In this document: one piece after another, positions 19,853 to 30,112 of the stretch
How positions within the stretch are numbered: position 1 is the first letter of the stretch
How the letters are laid out: the number at the start of each line of letters is the position of its first letter
From: a virus
DNA length: 48,749 nucleotides
IMG/VR virus record: IMGVR_UViG_3300035338_000016
Location: 78,784 to 127,532 of that record
Direction: 5' to 3' (one strand)
Position numbers and translations under genes: made by a program
Notes under the pieces: generated by a model
Databases searched by the model: none
What the model was told of the DNA's origin: nothing
Seen by the model: the letters and a program-made list of their open reading frames with translations, nothing else

Positions 19853-20843
19853 TTCATATAAATTAGCACATTCTTTTTCATCAAATTTTCAAAATAAAAT
19901 AATGTATGATAAAAAAAAACAAGTAGATTATTTGTATAACATAGCCCCTGACAGAGAAGAAGGATGTACTCTAAATGGGATTGCTTTTACAAAACTACCA
20001 AGAATCTTTGATAGAAAAGTTAAAACAAATTATTATCAAAATTTAACTTGTGAAACAGTAGATGAAATAGATAGATTCAAGTCTGGGGATTTACTATTTT
20101 ATGATGATAATTATTGGATTTGTACATCGAGTTTTATATTTCATAATTTATATTGTAGAGGAAATTTTATAAGAACAAACTATGAGTTAAAATGGCAAAA
20201 GAAAAATGGAGATATTATTGCTCAAAGATGTTTTGTTGTTTCAGCATCTCAATATAATTCAGGGGAAAAAGAAAACACAGTTTTAACTTTAGCAAATGAC
20301 CAATGTGTAGTTGTGCTAGCATCAAATGATGACACATTAGAACTTGAAAATGGAAAACGGATTTTTATTAGCAAAAGTAAAAATAATCCTGCGCCCTATA
20401 AACTAACACGAAATGACACAGTTCCTTATTCAGATTGGGATGATGGGTGCGTAAACTTAGTTTTTACAAGAGATGAGTTGAATAAAGATGTGGATAGACA
20501 AGATTTACTACTTTGTGATTACATCTCCCCTACTCCTATCCCTACTCCTACTACTGATACAATAGCAACCATTAGCGGTAGAACAACTCTAAATATTGGA
20601 TACGCAAGAACTTACAGTGTATCGTTTAAAGACACAGACGGAAATATCTTATCTAATATAGTCTACTCATGGAACTTATCTTCGTCATTCAATGACAAAA
20701 TCACTTCTACTGAAACCGATGGAAAAATCATATTAACAATCAATGACCAAACTTTAGTTGGACAAACATTTAAATTACAAGTAATTGTGGATGGAAATGT
20801 ATTGTCAGAAATCACAATTAAAGTTAGCCAATCATTATACTAG
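19842..20843 (+). CDS. Putative head-closure protein with C-terminal Ig-like domain
   Basis: GAGGTG RBS; PTPIPTPT linker then beta-rich domain. Confidence 0.55.
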   Translation: MAYDSYKLAHSFSSNFQNKIMYDKKKQVDYLYNIAPDREEGCTLNGIAFTKLPRIFDRKVKTNYYQNLTCETVDEIDRFKSGDLLFYDDNYWICTSSFIFHNLYCRGNFIRTNYELKWQKKNGDIIAQRCFVVSASQYNSGEKENTVLTLANDQCVVVLASNDDTLELENGKRIFISKSKNNPAPYKLTRNDTVPYSDWDDGCVNLVFTRDELNKDVDRQDLLLCDYISPTPIPTPTTDTIATISGRTTLNIGYARTYSVSFKDTDGNILSNIVYSWNLSSSFNDKITSTETDGKIILTINDQTLVGQTFKLQVIVDGNVLSEITIKVSQSLY

Positions 20844-20855
20844 GAGGTGGTATGA

Positions 20856-21431
20856 ATGTCTAATATGTCAAAAGCCTCTGAATATAAGTCAAATGTTATT
20901 GAACTGTTAATGAAAAATGATATGGTTGTGAAATTACTCAATCCTACACCAAATGAAAATTTGGATTTATCAGAAGTATTATTGGGTGGAACATTTGATA
21001 TTAATGGTGAGACGATTACAGAACAAGGATACATATTTGACTATTATTTTATTGATGATACAATCACTGACACAAAATCATTTATCATGGTCGAGGTTGA
21101 TATGCCAGAAATCAAGAATGGTATATTTGTATCGTATATTTTACATTTGTATATATGTTCAAATAAAAGTATTGTGCGGTTAAGTGAATATTCAGTACCT
21201 TCGTTATCAGAAATTAAATCAGAGGGATATATGGGCAACAGAGTAGATGTTCTTTGCGATGCCATAGATAGGATGTTGAATGGAAACAATGCTATGAAGG
21301 CAGGTAATATAGGAGATGTTATACCTTATGGGCAGTATAGGCAGATATTTACTCCAAATAATAAATTTTATGGTATGCGTTTAACTTATAAAGTTAGAAA
21401 CGAAAACCAAGTGGATGTGAAATATGTCTAG
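20856..21431 (+). CDS. Putative tail terminator/neck protein
   Basis: AGGAGGTGG RBS; R.D.L...ID..LNG motif; position. Confidence 0.5.
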   Translation: MSNMSKASEYKSNVIELLMKNDMVVKLLNPTPNENLDLSEVLLGGTFDINGETITEQGYIFDYYFIDDTITDTKSFIMVEVDMPEIKNGIFVSYILHLYICSNKSIVRLSEYSVPSLSEIKSEGYMGNRVDVLCDAIDRMLNGNNAMKAGNIGDVIPYGQYRQIFTPNNKFYGMRLTYKVRNENQVDVKYV

Positions 21432-22197
21432 TTATATTAATCAGTCAGTATTAGAACAATCCCTCTATTTCAGCTTACCCTATGACTACAATGGGTTATT
21501 CAAAATATATCCTATCAAAATGTCACAAATCTTAGAATACAAAACTTATGTACAATCTATTCTTGTAAGAAAAGATTCTATATTCCCTATTCCCCAAATC
21601 ATCCAAGCAGATTATCTCGATTTTCTTAAATATGTAGATAACAATGTAGAATTAGAAATCCAATACCAAGTGCCAAATTTGCATTTGTTTTATGGATTTT
21701 TTTTATTGCTTTTAAGATTGGTTTGTCAAGATCAAGAAATAAAGTTTAATCAAAATACAAAAGAAATCGCCATTGGTGAGATTACCTTAACTGGAGAAAT
21801 AGTTGACGATATTAGAAGGATTGTCATTGCTCAAAACGATGAAGATTTTGATATTGATGAGTTTTTAAATAGAGAGACAGAAGAACGTCTTAACAAGGCT
21901 CAACGGGATTTAAACAAGAACGAAAATCCTCCTACTATTGAAGATAGAATTGATTCTTTGATGGTTGGATTACACATGAGCAATGAAGAAATTAGTAATT
22001 TGACAATTCGTAAATTCGATAGGTTACTCAAAAGAGTTATTACCTATGAAGAATATAAAACATCAACTTTAGCATTGAAAACTGGCATGGTGAAATTCAA
22101 AGATCCAATTAAACATTGGACTTCGCCTATTGAAGTTGAGGATAGATATAAAAATGTTAAAAGTGATGAAACTGCACTTAGAGACAAAATTCAGTAA
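21424..22197 (+). CDS. Hypothetical tail-assembly protein
   Basis: Overlap coupling; EEISNLTIRKF motif resembles tail chaperones. Confidence 0.5.
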   Translation: MSSYINQSVLEQSLYFSLPYDYNGLFKIYPIKMSQILEYKTYVQSILVRKDSIFPIPQIIQADYLDFLKYVDNNVELEIQYQVPNLHLFYGFFLLLLRLVCQDQEIKFNQNTKEIAIGEITLTGEIVDDIRRIVIAQNDEDFDIDEFLNRETEERLNKAQRDLNKNENPPTIEDRIDSLMVGLHMSNEEISNLTIRKFDRLLKRVITYEEYKTSTLALKTGMVKFKDPIKHWTSPIEVEDRYKNVKSDETALRDKIQ

Positions 22198-22243
22198 ATG
22201 ATTTTGTTTCTTTTTTATTTATTTTTAAAGGAGGAAAATATCA

Positions 22244-23251
22244 ATGACTACATTTAGTAAAGATTTTTTAGTCAGCACTGGTGATTTCATTTTGGAAAAA
22301 GAAGGACTATTTATTTGTTCTGGTATCGCCAATACTAATGCCAGTATTGAAGTAACAACGCAAGAAAATGTTATTAAGGCTGGTAAGATGAATAAGACTC
22401 AGTATATTTTAAAATATGGTAGAGAGTTAAAGGTTAGTATTGAAGCGCAGGACTGGAATTTGGCTTTTATTGCTGCCAACACAAACTCTACTATTGCACA
22501 GCAACTTACCGATGTTTATCGCATTAACAAAACTTTAACTGTAACTGCTGGATCTGTAACATTACCAGACGTACCTGTAAGCAATTATATTCATGTTGAA
22601 ACACCTGATAGAAGTGTGTTTGAAATTGCAAAACCTGCAAGTGGTTCAGTAATTGATTTGACAGCGCAAGGTATTACTGATGGTAGTGTAAAAGTTACAT
22701 ATAAGTATAATAAGAACGCCAAAGTTATTACTATTGATGCTGACTCTGCACCTATTATTGGCACAATGACAATTGATATTGATAAACATAATAGCTTAAA
22801 AGGTAAAGTTGGTAGTGTTCAGCTTATCATTCCTGCATTGCAGTTAGATGGTAATTTTACATTAAACCTTACTCCTGATGGCGTAACAACAACTGGTCTT
22901 AATGGTCAAGCTTTAGTTTCTGAAGATGAAAGCGGAAAAGAATGCTATGCTTATTTGAAAGAGTTTGAAACTATTGACGTTGCTGCAACTGTAACTGGTA
23001 TTGTTGCTATCCCAGCTAAAATTTCCACAACTGTAGGTGGTACAGCAAATATTGGTGTAGTCGGTACTAGAACTGGCTTATATGGAAATGTTATGCTTGA
23101 CAATAGTGATTGTACGTTTACATCTGGTACTCCTGCTGTGGCTACGGTTGTAGCTGATACTGGTGTAGTTACTGGTGTATCTGCTGGTACTTCTATTATC
23201 ACTGTTACATATGGTGCATTTGTTAGTATTGTAGAAGTAACTGTAGCTTAA
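22244..23251 (+). CDS. Major tail (tube) protein with C-terminal Ig-like (Big_2) domain
   Basis: Strong RBS; FTSGTPAVATV..TGVVTGVSAGTSIITVTY Ig motif; terminator follows. Confidence 0.78.
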   Translation: MTTFSKDFLVSTGDFILEKEGLFICSGIANTNASIEVTTQENVIKAGKMNKTQYILKYGRELKVSIEAQDWNLAFIAANTNSTIAQQLTDVYRINKTLTVTAGSVTLPDVPVSNYIHVETPDRSVFEIAKPASGSVIDLTAQGITDGSVKVTYKYNKNAKVITIDADSAPIIGTMTIDIDKHNSLKGKVGSVQLIIPALQLDGNFTLNLTPDGVTTTGLNGQALVSEDESGKECYAYLKEFETIDVAATVTGIVAIPAKISTTVGGTANIGVVGTRTGLYGNVMLDNSDCTFTSGTPAVATVVADTGVVTGVSAGTSIITVTYGAFVSIVEVTVA

Positions 23252-23268
23252 TTTAATGATTGATATTT

Positions 23269-23299
23269 AAGAGGGTGTGTATATATCATGCCCTCTTTT
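23269..23299 (+). terminator. Intrinsic terminator-like hairpin
   Basis: AAGAGGGTGTG...CATGCCCTCTT followed by TT. Confidence 0.65.
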
Positions 23300-23323
23300 G
23301 TTATATCAGAAAGGAGAATTTTA

Positions 23324-23572
23324 ATGGAAGACATTGAAATTAATATTGTTGAGAAACCGAAAAGAAAGAAAACTGTTTCTACTAATAAAGAAGATTTCAA
23401 GGCTAAAGTTTGTAGGGTTATTTTATATAATGACCCAACAAAAGAATTATATGTAGTGTTTGATGGTTATGGGATTTCTATTAAAAATGTTGAATCATAT
23501 GATGGTTCAAAAAGTGTGAGTGTGAAGTATACAGGTGAAATTGGTAGTGCAGATTTTTCTTGTAAAGTGTGA
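23324..23572 (+). CDS. Small hypothetical protein
   Basis: AAGGAG RBS before ATG 23324. Confidence 0.7.
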   Translation: MEDIEINIVEKPKRKKTVSTNKEDFKAKVCRVILYNDPTKELYVVFDGYGISIKNVESYDGSKSVSVKYTGEIGSADFSCKV

Positions 23573-23689
23573 ATTTAGATATTTAGAGTGACGGATAGAT
23601 TAGTGTAATGTTGGGAAATAAAATAAACTAATCTGTCTTAGGTTGATCTATTTTATTTCCCAATTTTTTACGCAAATGAGGTGAAGATT

Positions 23690-23887
23690 ATTAAGTCAAT
23701 TTGGGAGGAATACCCTACCAGTTATAAAAAGGAAATGTTATTTCTTAGAGAACATGGAGTTAGATATACATGGGTAACAACAAATGAATATGGAATTACG
23801 GTTTGGAAATATAAAAGAAATTCGGCGTTGTTTGAGTTGTTGCAACAATTCTATACTGAGGAGGAAAAAGAAAATCGCACAAAATGA
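23690..23887 (+). CDS. Small protein, paralog of intron-encoded ORF 26639-26812 (ATT 23690 or GTG 23681 start)
   Basis: Shared EY.T.Y..E..FL...G...KYK....LF..L..FY pattern. Confidence 0.75.
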   Translation: MKSIWEEYPTSYKKEMLFLREHGVRYTWVTTNEYGITVWKYKRNSALFELLQQFYTEEEKENRTK

Positions 23888-24407
23888 AGGTAAAAAATTT
23901 GAAGAATCATTTGTAAAATCTGTTCCAGACCATGTATTAGTCAAGAGGCTAAATGACAATGCTTCTGCATGGAGTGGAGGTGACAATACAAGATTTGCAT
24001 CAAGTAATGAATGCGATTTTATATTGTTTGATGATGATACGAGGACGATTTATGGCTTAGAATTAAAATCGCTTGATAAGAAATCAATAACGTATTGGCG
24101 TGAAGATTTTGAAGATAAGGATAAAAAAACACAATTTGGTATTAGAAAATGTCAAATACAAGGATTGACTAAATGGAGTAAATATAAAGGGGTATTCGGT
24201 TTTGTTATCAACTTTCGTTGTTGTTCTAACAGAACTTTTTTTATTTACATAGAAGAATTTTTGAAGTACACCTCTACCCTATCCAAGAAATCGATTAATT
24301 TTGATGACGTATTACAAATGAACCCAGTAGAAATTAATAATCACATTATTAGAACAAATTATAAATATGATGTTGAAGATTTTTTAGATAAAACAAAGAT
24401 AGATTAA
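23874..24407 (+). CDS. RecU-like Holliday junction resolvase, PD-(D/E)xK fold (probable ATC start)
   Basis: NEGKKFEE, ECDF, LELKS and IRKCQIQGL motifs; GAGGAGG 9 nt before ATC. Confidence 0.8.
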   Translation: MAQNEGKKFEESFVKSVPDHVLVKRLNDNASAWSGGDNTRFASSNECDFILFDDDTRTIYGLELKSLDKKSITYWREDFEDKDKKTQFGIRKCQIQGLTKWSKYKGVFGFVINFRCCSNRTFFIYIEEFLKYTSTLSKKSINFDDVLQMNPVEINNHIIRTNYKYDVEDFLDKTKID

Positions 24408-24420
24408 AGGAGTTTTAAAT

Positions 24421-24603
24421 TTGTTATACCCTTTTTATTGTCCAAATTGTGGACACAAAGAAAACATTGAAATGAAAATGACCGAGTATAAATCAGATGG
24501 TCATTTATGTACAAAGTGTGAAACTGAAATGGCAAGAACAATAGAGTCTATGGTATGTGGTTATAAGGATACGGTTGGATTCTATGGAAAATCAGGCAAA
24601 TAA
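24421..24603 (+). CDS. FmdB-like zinc-ribbon protein
   Basis: YPFYCPNCGH...CTKC; AAGGAG RBS. Confidence 0.75.
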   Translation: MLYPFYCPNCGHKENIEMKMTEYKSDGHLCTKCETEMARTIESMVCGYKDTVGFYGKSGK

Positions 24604-24617
24604 GAGAGGAAGATTTA

Positions 24618-24848
24618 ATGATTACATATATCAAAATGAAATATTTAGAGTGGAAATTGAAATTGACATTTTATCGGTTTTTAATGCCCCTACAAACCCT
24701 TATTTCTAGGCATGGAGAGGATACGATGAAATTGATTGAGCGGTCAATTTTAGTTTTGAAGGATGTTTCACCAGAGGAATTATATGAAAATTTGATTACT
24801 GAAATTGCAAAAGTAGTTCATGAAACGAGCAATAAAGATGGGGACTAA
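24618..24848 (+). CDS. Small hypothetical protein
   Basis: GAGGA RBS, ATG start. Confidence 0.65.
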   Translation: MITYIKMKYLEWKLKLTFYRFLMPLQTLISRHGEDTMKLIERSILVLKDVSPEELYENLITEIAKVVHETSNKDGD

Positions 24849-25263
24849 AGTATTTTCAACAATGGTTCAAATGCAAGATTATTTCAGTAATGCTGTTGGG
24901 ATTGCTGTCAAAAATGCATCTGAAATTATTACGGCAAAATTACATGAATTTGTCGATACTCAATATTACAATGATACAGGTTTCTTTCCAAATGTTTATC
25001 GGAGAACGGAAATTTTTCTGTCTGCCTGTGCTTATCAAATGTTGTCATCGAATATGTCAGAGGTTGGTATAGACACTGAAAAAATGAATTATAAAAATGG
25101 ATTCAGTGGCGACCAAGTAGTAGAATGGGCGGCACAGTCAATGCATGGTAGCCCAAACTACCAAACTGACACACTTAATTTTTGGGATGCTTTTTTAGAA
25201 TGGGTAAATGAAAATGCAATTCCCATTTTAAGAGCTGAAATATTAAAACAACTCAATAAGTAA
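24838..25263 (+). CDS. Putative tail component (YRRT motif)
   Basis: Overlaps previous gene; directly before TMP; start uncertain (24820 or 24838). Confidence 0.55.
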   Translation: MGTKVFSTMVQMQDYFSNAVGIAVKNASEIITAKLHEFVDTQYYNDTGFFPNVYRRTEIFLSACAYQMLSSNMSEVGIDTEKMNYKNGFSGDQVVEWAAQSMHGSPNYQTDTLNFWDAFLEWVNENAIPILRAEILKQLNK

Positions 25264-25318
25264 TTAACTCCCACCCTCTTTTCACATAGAGGGCTTATTT
25301 TTGTGAAAGGAGAATAAA

Positions 25319-26211
25319 ATGAACGATAATTTCAAGATAATTCTTGAAGCTATGATTGATCAAAGTAGCCTTAGCAATGTTCAAAAACAAGTTGCTAAAG
25401 AACGTATAAAGGTAAATGCTGATATTTCTATTGAAGATTTTAGTAAATCTAAATTGGAAATGCAGAAACAAATTGCATCGCTTGGCACATATATCAAAAG
25501 TACACTTGGAGATGCTGTAACAGACAAACAAGCTAATAAATGGGCAGAGCAATACTATGCTTCTATGGTTTCTGGTGCAAAACAATTTACTAAGGAATTA
25601 GACGCAAATCAAAAAAAACTAGATGCCTTTAATAGAACAAAAAGCAACTCATTAAATAAAATTGATGCTTTTCTTAAAGAGAATAGTGCCTTAACTAACA
25701 CGACCAAAAATAAAATATTAGAATTAAGAAGTGCTATCGAATCGACTGATGACAGTAAGGCATTAAGAAACTTAAATGCCGAATTAACCAATATTCAAAG
25801 AAGCGCAAAAGCCGCCGGAGAGACAGGTAGAAATTTCGGAGATGAAATGAAAAATAATTTTCGCAAATTTTCTCAGTGGGTTGGTGCAAGTACTATCTTC
25901 TTTGGAATGACTAGAGCAATTAAAGGTGTTGTATATGATGTTAAAGAACTAGATAAGGCTATGACATCATTATATAAAGTAACTGATGAAACTGATGTTA
26001 AATACAATTCTTTTTTGCAAGGAGCTTTTCAAAATTCTCAAAAGTTAGGTCAATCGGTTTCTAATTTAGTTGAACAAACAGCACAGTGGGCGAAACTTGG
26101 ATATAATATTGACGAAGCTTCAAAATTAGCTCAAACATCTTCGGTATATTCTAATGTTGGGGAAGTAGATAATGCTACTGCCGTCAGTGATATGGTTACG
26201 GCGATGAAGGC
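25319..26211 (+). CDS. Tape measure protein exon 1
   Basis: VKELDKAMTSLYKVTD...WAKLGY...DMVTAMKA TMP motifs; joins in frame (GC|A) to exon 2 giving MKAFNI. Confidence 0.9.
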
Positions 26212-26638
26212 AAACATAAATGCCTTGATATATAGAAATATATATTTAGAACATATTTAATTGCAGGTAATGCCTGAGAGCCTTACACCACAATATAGGG
26301 GAAACCACTATATGATGGTTTTAAAACGTAAGGATTGGCTGTTCATGCAGCGAAGCACCCTAACGTATTCCGTAGACCATACGGTACTTTAGACGAGGGT
26401 GAACGTTCAACGACTAGATTCATGTCGAGATTTGGACTAGAGAATAAAGGTGGAAATCCTGAATATCCAAATCAACAATCGTAGGGCGCAATCGCAAATG
26501 GCGTGGGTGAAACCCCCTTAAATCGAAAAGGTATGACTGCTATTCTTTCAATGAAAGAATGTGGTTAAGAAATAGTCTGTTCTCATACAAAATATGAGGT
26601 TTGTTAATTTTGTAAATAAAATAGAAAGTTTGATAAAC

Positions 26639-26812
26639 ATGAAAAAATTCGATATAGAATATGCAACACAATATACACCTGAGAAGGATTTTTTATTAAA
26701 AAATGGAATCAAACCATCTTTTGTAAAAGAAATAAATGAAGTAACTACATACAAGTATAAAAAGACTAAAGAATTATTTATAAATCTCTCTATCTTTTAT
26801 GGAGAAAAATGA
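26639..26812 (+). CDS. Intron-encoded 57-aa protein
   Basis: ATG 26639; aligns by eye with 23690-23887. Confidence 0.7.
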   Translation: MKKFDIEYATQYTPEKDFLLKNGIKPSFVKEINEVTTYKYKKTKELFINLSIFYGEK

Positions 26813-26827
26813 AAGGTTAATATATAG

Positions 26828-28180
26828 GTGATAATTATTAGTAAAATATATTCAAAAGAATATCTAAAAAATTTGTTAATTAATGAAAATTTAGAAATAC
26901 TAGGCGAAATAAAAACTTCAAACGATAAAGTATTATGTAAAACTGTTGACAATTACTATGTTTTAGTAATTCCAATTGGAATAATTAGCCGTGGAGATAA
27001 ACCTAGTATTTTTTCAAAGTATAATCCCTACACAATCATAAATATAAAGCAATGGATTAAAAATAATAATTTAACATTAGAATTATTGGACGATACATAC
27101 TTTGGTACTAATTCAAAGATGGAGTGGAAATGTGAGTGCGGTAAAATATTTAGCACAACTTGGAGCACCATACTTGGTGGCAAAAAATATTGTAATTTTT
27201 GTTCACGCAGTAAAAGATACGATGCCAATGACTATAATTACTTAGTTCAAGAAAAGTGCGTTGAACTAGGATACACTTTACTACCAGATCAGGATATTAA
27301 AAGGTCTAATACTAAATTCTATTATATCTGTGATAAACATAAGGATTATGGGGCTCAATATAGTTATCCTGATAATTTTATCACTGATTACGGTAATGGT
27401 GGTTGTTATCAATGCTGTATAGAGAAAAGGTCTGAGTCAAAAAGAAAACCAGAAGAATTTTTTAAGAAGCTAACGGAAGATGCTGGAATGATCTTTTGCG
27501 GAGTTAAATATTCAAAAGATGATAGAACAAAAATTATATATAAGTGCCCCAATCATCTTAATAAGGGAGAGATTGAATGTAGTGTAGCCAACATGAAAGC
27601 TAATTCTGGTAGATGTCCATATTGTGTTGGTAAAAAACGCACTATAAATGATTTACAAGCAGAAATTGATTTGCTAGAGTCGCATGTTGAAATTTTAGAA
27701 TTTGAAGATTATGGAAGCCCTATAAAAGTTAAATGCACATTATGTGGACATGAATGGATTACCACAGGAGTAAATCTAACACAAGGACATTCATGTCCTA
27801 ATTGTAATCAATCAAAATTCGAAATTAATGTAAAGAAATGGTTAGATAGTAATAACATTGAAAACGTGCAACAATATAAATTTAAAGATTGTAGAGACAT
27901 AAAGCCACTTCCTTTCGATTTTTACTTACCTAAATACAATCTATTAATAGAAGTAGATGGTGAGGGACATTACTTTCCTATAAAAAGAAGTTCTTATTGG
28001 ACAAAGGAGACCTTGATTAAAAATTTTAACTATATCAAAAAACATGATGATATAAAAACTAATTATTGTAAAGACAATAACATTAGATTGATTAGAGTCC
28101 CTTATTGGGAAAGAGATAATTTAAACAATTATTTGCTTGGAGAGATTAAAAATTTCACTAATTTACTAGAAGTGTCATGA
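26828..28180 (+). CDS. Intron-encoded putative homing endonuclease: tandem Cys/His zinc-ribbon repeats plus C-terminal Vsr/DUF559-like (EDxHD-type) nuclease; possible ATT start at 26837
   Basis: SKFE...PFDFYLP..NLLIEVDGEGH...HD..K...IRLIRVPYWE; many CxC, CxxC and CxxH motifs. Confidence 0.82.
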   Translation: MIIISKIYSKEYLKNLLINENLEILGEIKTSNDKVLCKTVDNYYVLVIPIGIISRGDKPSIFSKYNPYTIINIKQWIKNNNLTLELLDDTYFGTNSKMEWKCECGKIFSTTWSTILGGKKYCNFCSRSKRYDANDYNYLVQEKCVELGYTLLPDQDIKRSNTKFYYICDKHKDYGAQYSYPDNFITDYGNGGCYQCCIEKRSESKRKPEEFFKKLTEDAGMIFCGVKYSKDDRTKIIYKCPNHLNKGEIECSVANMKANSGRCPYCVGKKRTINDLQAEIDLLESHVEILEFEDYGSPIKVKCTLCGHEWITTGVNLTQGHSCPNCNQSKFEINVKKWLDSNNIENVQQYKFKDCRDIKPLPFDFYLPKYNLLIEVDGEGHYFPIKRSSYWTKETLIKNFNYIKKHDDIKTNYCKDNNIRLIRVPYWERDNLNNYLLGEIKNFTNLLEVS

Positions 28181-28250
28181 TATGAGGCAATAATAATTAA
28201 ACTAATAAAATTAACAAACATATGGATTTGCGACCCATATAAACATAACG

Positions 28251-29037
28251 ATTTAATATCGAAAGTTCTAAGAGCATAACCATTGTTGATTCATTTAATA
28301 AATTAGGCAATGAGTTTGCGACATCATCTGCTGATATTGGTGAGGGGTTAAAAAATTCAGCATCGGCTTTAGCATTAGCTGGCAATGACATTAATCAATC
28401 TATGGCTATGATTACTGGTGGAGCAGAAATCATGCAAGATGCTGGAGAAATGGGCAACGCTGTAAAGATTTTGAGTATGCGTTTGCGTGGTATGAAAGGC
28501 GAGCTTGAGGACATTGGCGAAGAATATGAAAATGTTGAATCCATAAGTAAAATCCAAACTCAAATTTTAAACAGAACCAAAGGCACAGTTAATATTTTTG
28601 ATGATGCTGGTAATTTTAGAAGCACTTATGAAATAATTCAAGGAATCGCCAAAGTTTGGAATGATATTTCTCAAGTAGATCAAGCCTCGCTTCTTGAAGT
28701 TATTGCAGGTAAGCAAAGAGGTAACTCTATTGCTGCGTTAATTCAGTCGTTCCAATCTGGTCAGACACAAAAAGCTCTTGAAGCAGCTCAAAACTCTGCT
28801 GGTTCTGCTATGGAAGAACAAGACCGTTGGATGCAAAGTATTGAAGCTAAACAGCAACAACTTATAGCCTCAGCACAGGAGTTTAGTAATACTTTTTTAT
28901 CCTCTTCGCTTGTTAAAGGTTCTGTCGATGGTTTAAATTTAATCGTTGGTGGATTAACAGATGTTACAAAATTATTGGGGACAATCCCTACTCTTGCAAC
29001 TATAGCTTTTGGTGCTATGGGAGCAAAAGGTTACGGT
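28251..29037 (+). CDS. Tape measure protein exon 2
   Basis: Open frame from 28252 FNIESSKSITIVDSFNKLGNEFA...GNAVKILSMRLRG...IAGKQRGN; the ORF-track ATG at 28402 lacks an RBS; ends GYG(GGT) before intron 2. Confidence 0.87.
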
Positions 29038-29774
29038 AAACAACTATGTTTCAAACATACACCTATATGCCCTGTTTATACTTAATATATAGTATTCGTT
29101 ATATATTTTTGTATGAGCTGTCCTTGAAGGTTGGTAGTCAAGGAGTAACAGTTGTGCCATATAAATATAAATTGAAATCTTTCATATTAAATTATATGGT
29201 CAGGTTAAATTGCTGGGAAACTCTCATGAATCTTATAACTATAATACATTGTAGAAATAGTTTCTGAAAAGTAGAAAAAATCATAAGATTCGACATATGG
29301 TGAAATAAAAGCATATTAGCGTGATGAACTAATGTGTCCTAAGTGTCAAGAAGGTTTAATTAAATTCCTTTAAAGGAGTGGTCAGCATCCAGCCACCCTA
29401 CCCTACTTCTGGGTAACGATGTGTGAGCATTGTACTAAAGACGTAATTAGGCTTGTGTCTTCATACTAAGGAACAATCTAATTATGGTACAGTTGGTGGA
29501 GGTTCATCGGCTTTAAGCCTCGGAGATTATTTACGATAATAATAATCTTTTAATATAAAGTCAGGACTGCGCACGAAAAGATTAAATAAAGTGCGTAACG
29601 GTGGTTTAAAGACTACGGTAAAATTAGTACGTAAAACTTTATTTTGTAGATGCTATTATTGCATATATAATAGTTACAAAATGCATGAGTTGAAAAGAAT
29701 CAACGATTATAACATATTTATACATAAACCGACAAGAAATGGCAAAATTGACATATTTAATGGTAAAAAAATCA

Positions 29775-29806
29775 TTACGCAAACGTAACACCTTTTATGC
29801 CATAAT
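29775..29806 (+). promoter_or_regulatory. Putative operator palindrome and extended -10 for the HTH gene
   Basis: TTACG-CAAA-CGTAA at 29775-29788, then TGCCATAAT. Confidence 0.45.
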
Positions 29807-29878
29807 ATACCTGTGGAAACATCATATACCAATCCTTTATTATATGTATACTACAAAATACAATAATTAGGGGATGAA

Positions 29879-30085
29879 ATGAAAAAGACTAACCGATTGC
29901 AGAAAATAATGGGAGATAAAAACTTAAGCGTTGGGCAACTGGCTAGAATGTCGGGTTTAAGTGTTGCGACAATTAGTAGAGTTGAGAGATGTGAAGAAGA
30001 TCCCAAGCAATCAACTATGATTGCAATCAGTAAGGCCTTAAAAATGAAAGTGTGTGATGTTTTTAATTTAGATTGGCGACGATAA
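29879..30085 (+). CDS. Xre/Cro-family helix-turn-helix regulator (intron 2 cargo)
   Basis: LSVGQLARMSGLSVATISRVE...P...TMIAISKAL. Confidence 0.85.
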   Translation: MKKTNRLQKIMGDKNLSVGQLARMSGLSVATISRVERCEEDPKQSTMIAISKALKMKVCDVFNLDWRR

Positions 30086-30112
30086 AAATAAAATTAACAG
30101 GGGGCGTTATGT

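Larger units (their letters stand above)
26212..28250 (+). mobile_element. Group I intron 1 (with P7.1/P7.2 insertion, subgroup IA-like) carrying two ORFs
   Basis: IGS TAAATGCCTT 26217-26226 is the exact complement of the spliced junction AAGGC|ATTTA; P element AATTGCAGG ~26259; Q element CATGCAGCGAAG ~26344; P7 GACTA 26412 / TAGTC 26573; P3 CATATTT/AGGTATG; 13-bp stem 26599-26611 / 28207-28219 encloses the ORFs; P9.0 GTT/AAC; terminal G at 28250. Confidence 0.92.

Noticed and set aside
21424-25263. Programmed -1 frameshift of a tail chaperone
   Set aside because: No convincing slippery site linking two frames before the TMP gene; cannot be fully excluded by eye
29046-29788. ORFs 29046-29267 and 29591-29788
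   Set aside because: They overlap the ribozyme core or P9 region, lack an RBS and do not look protein-like
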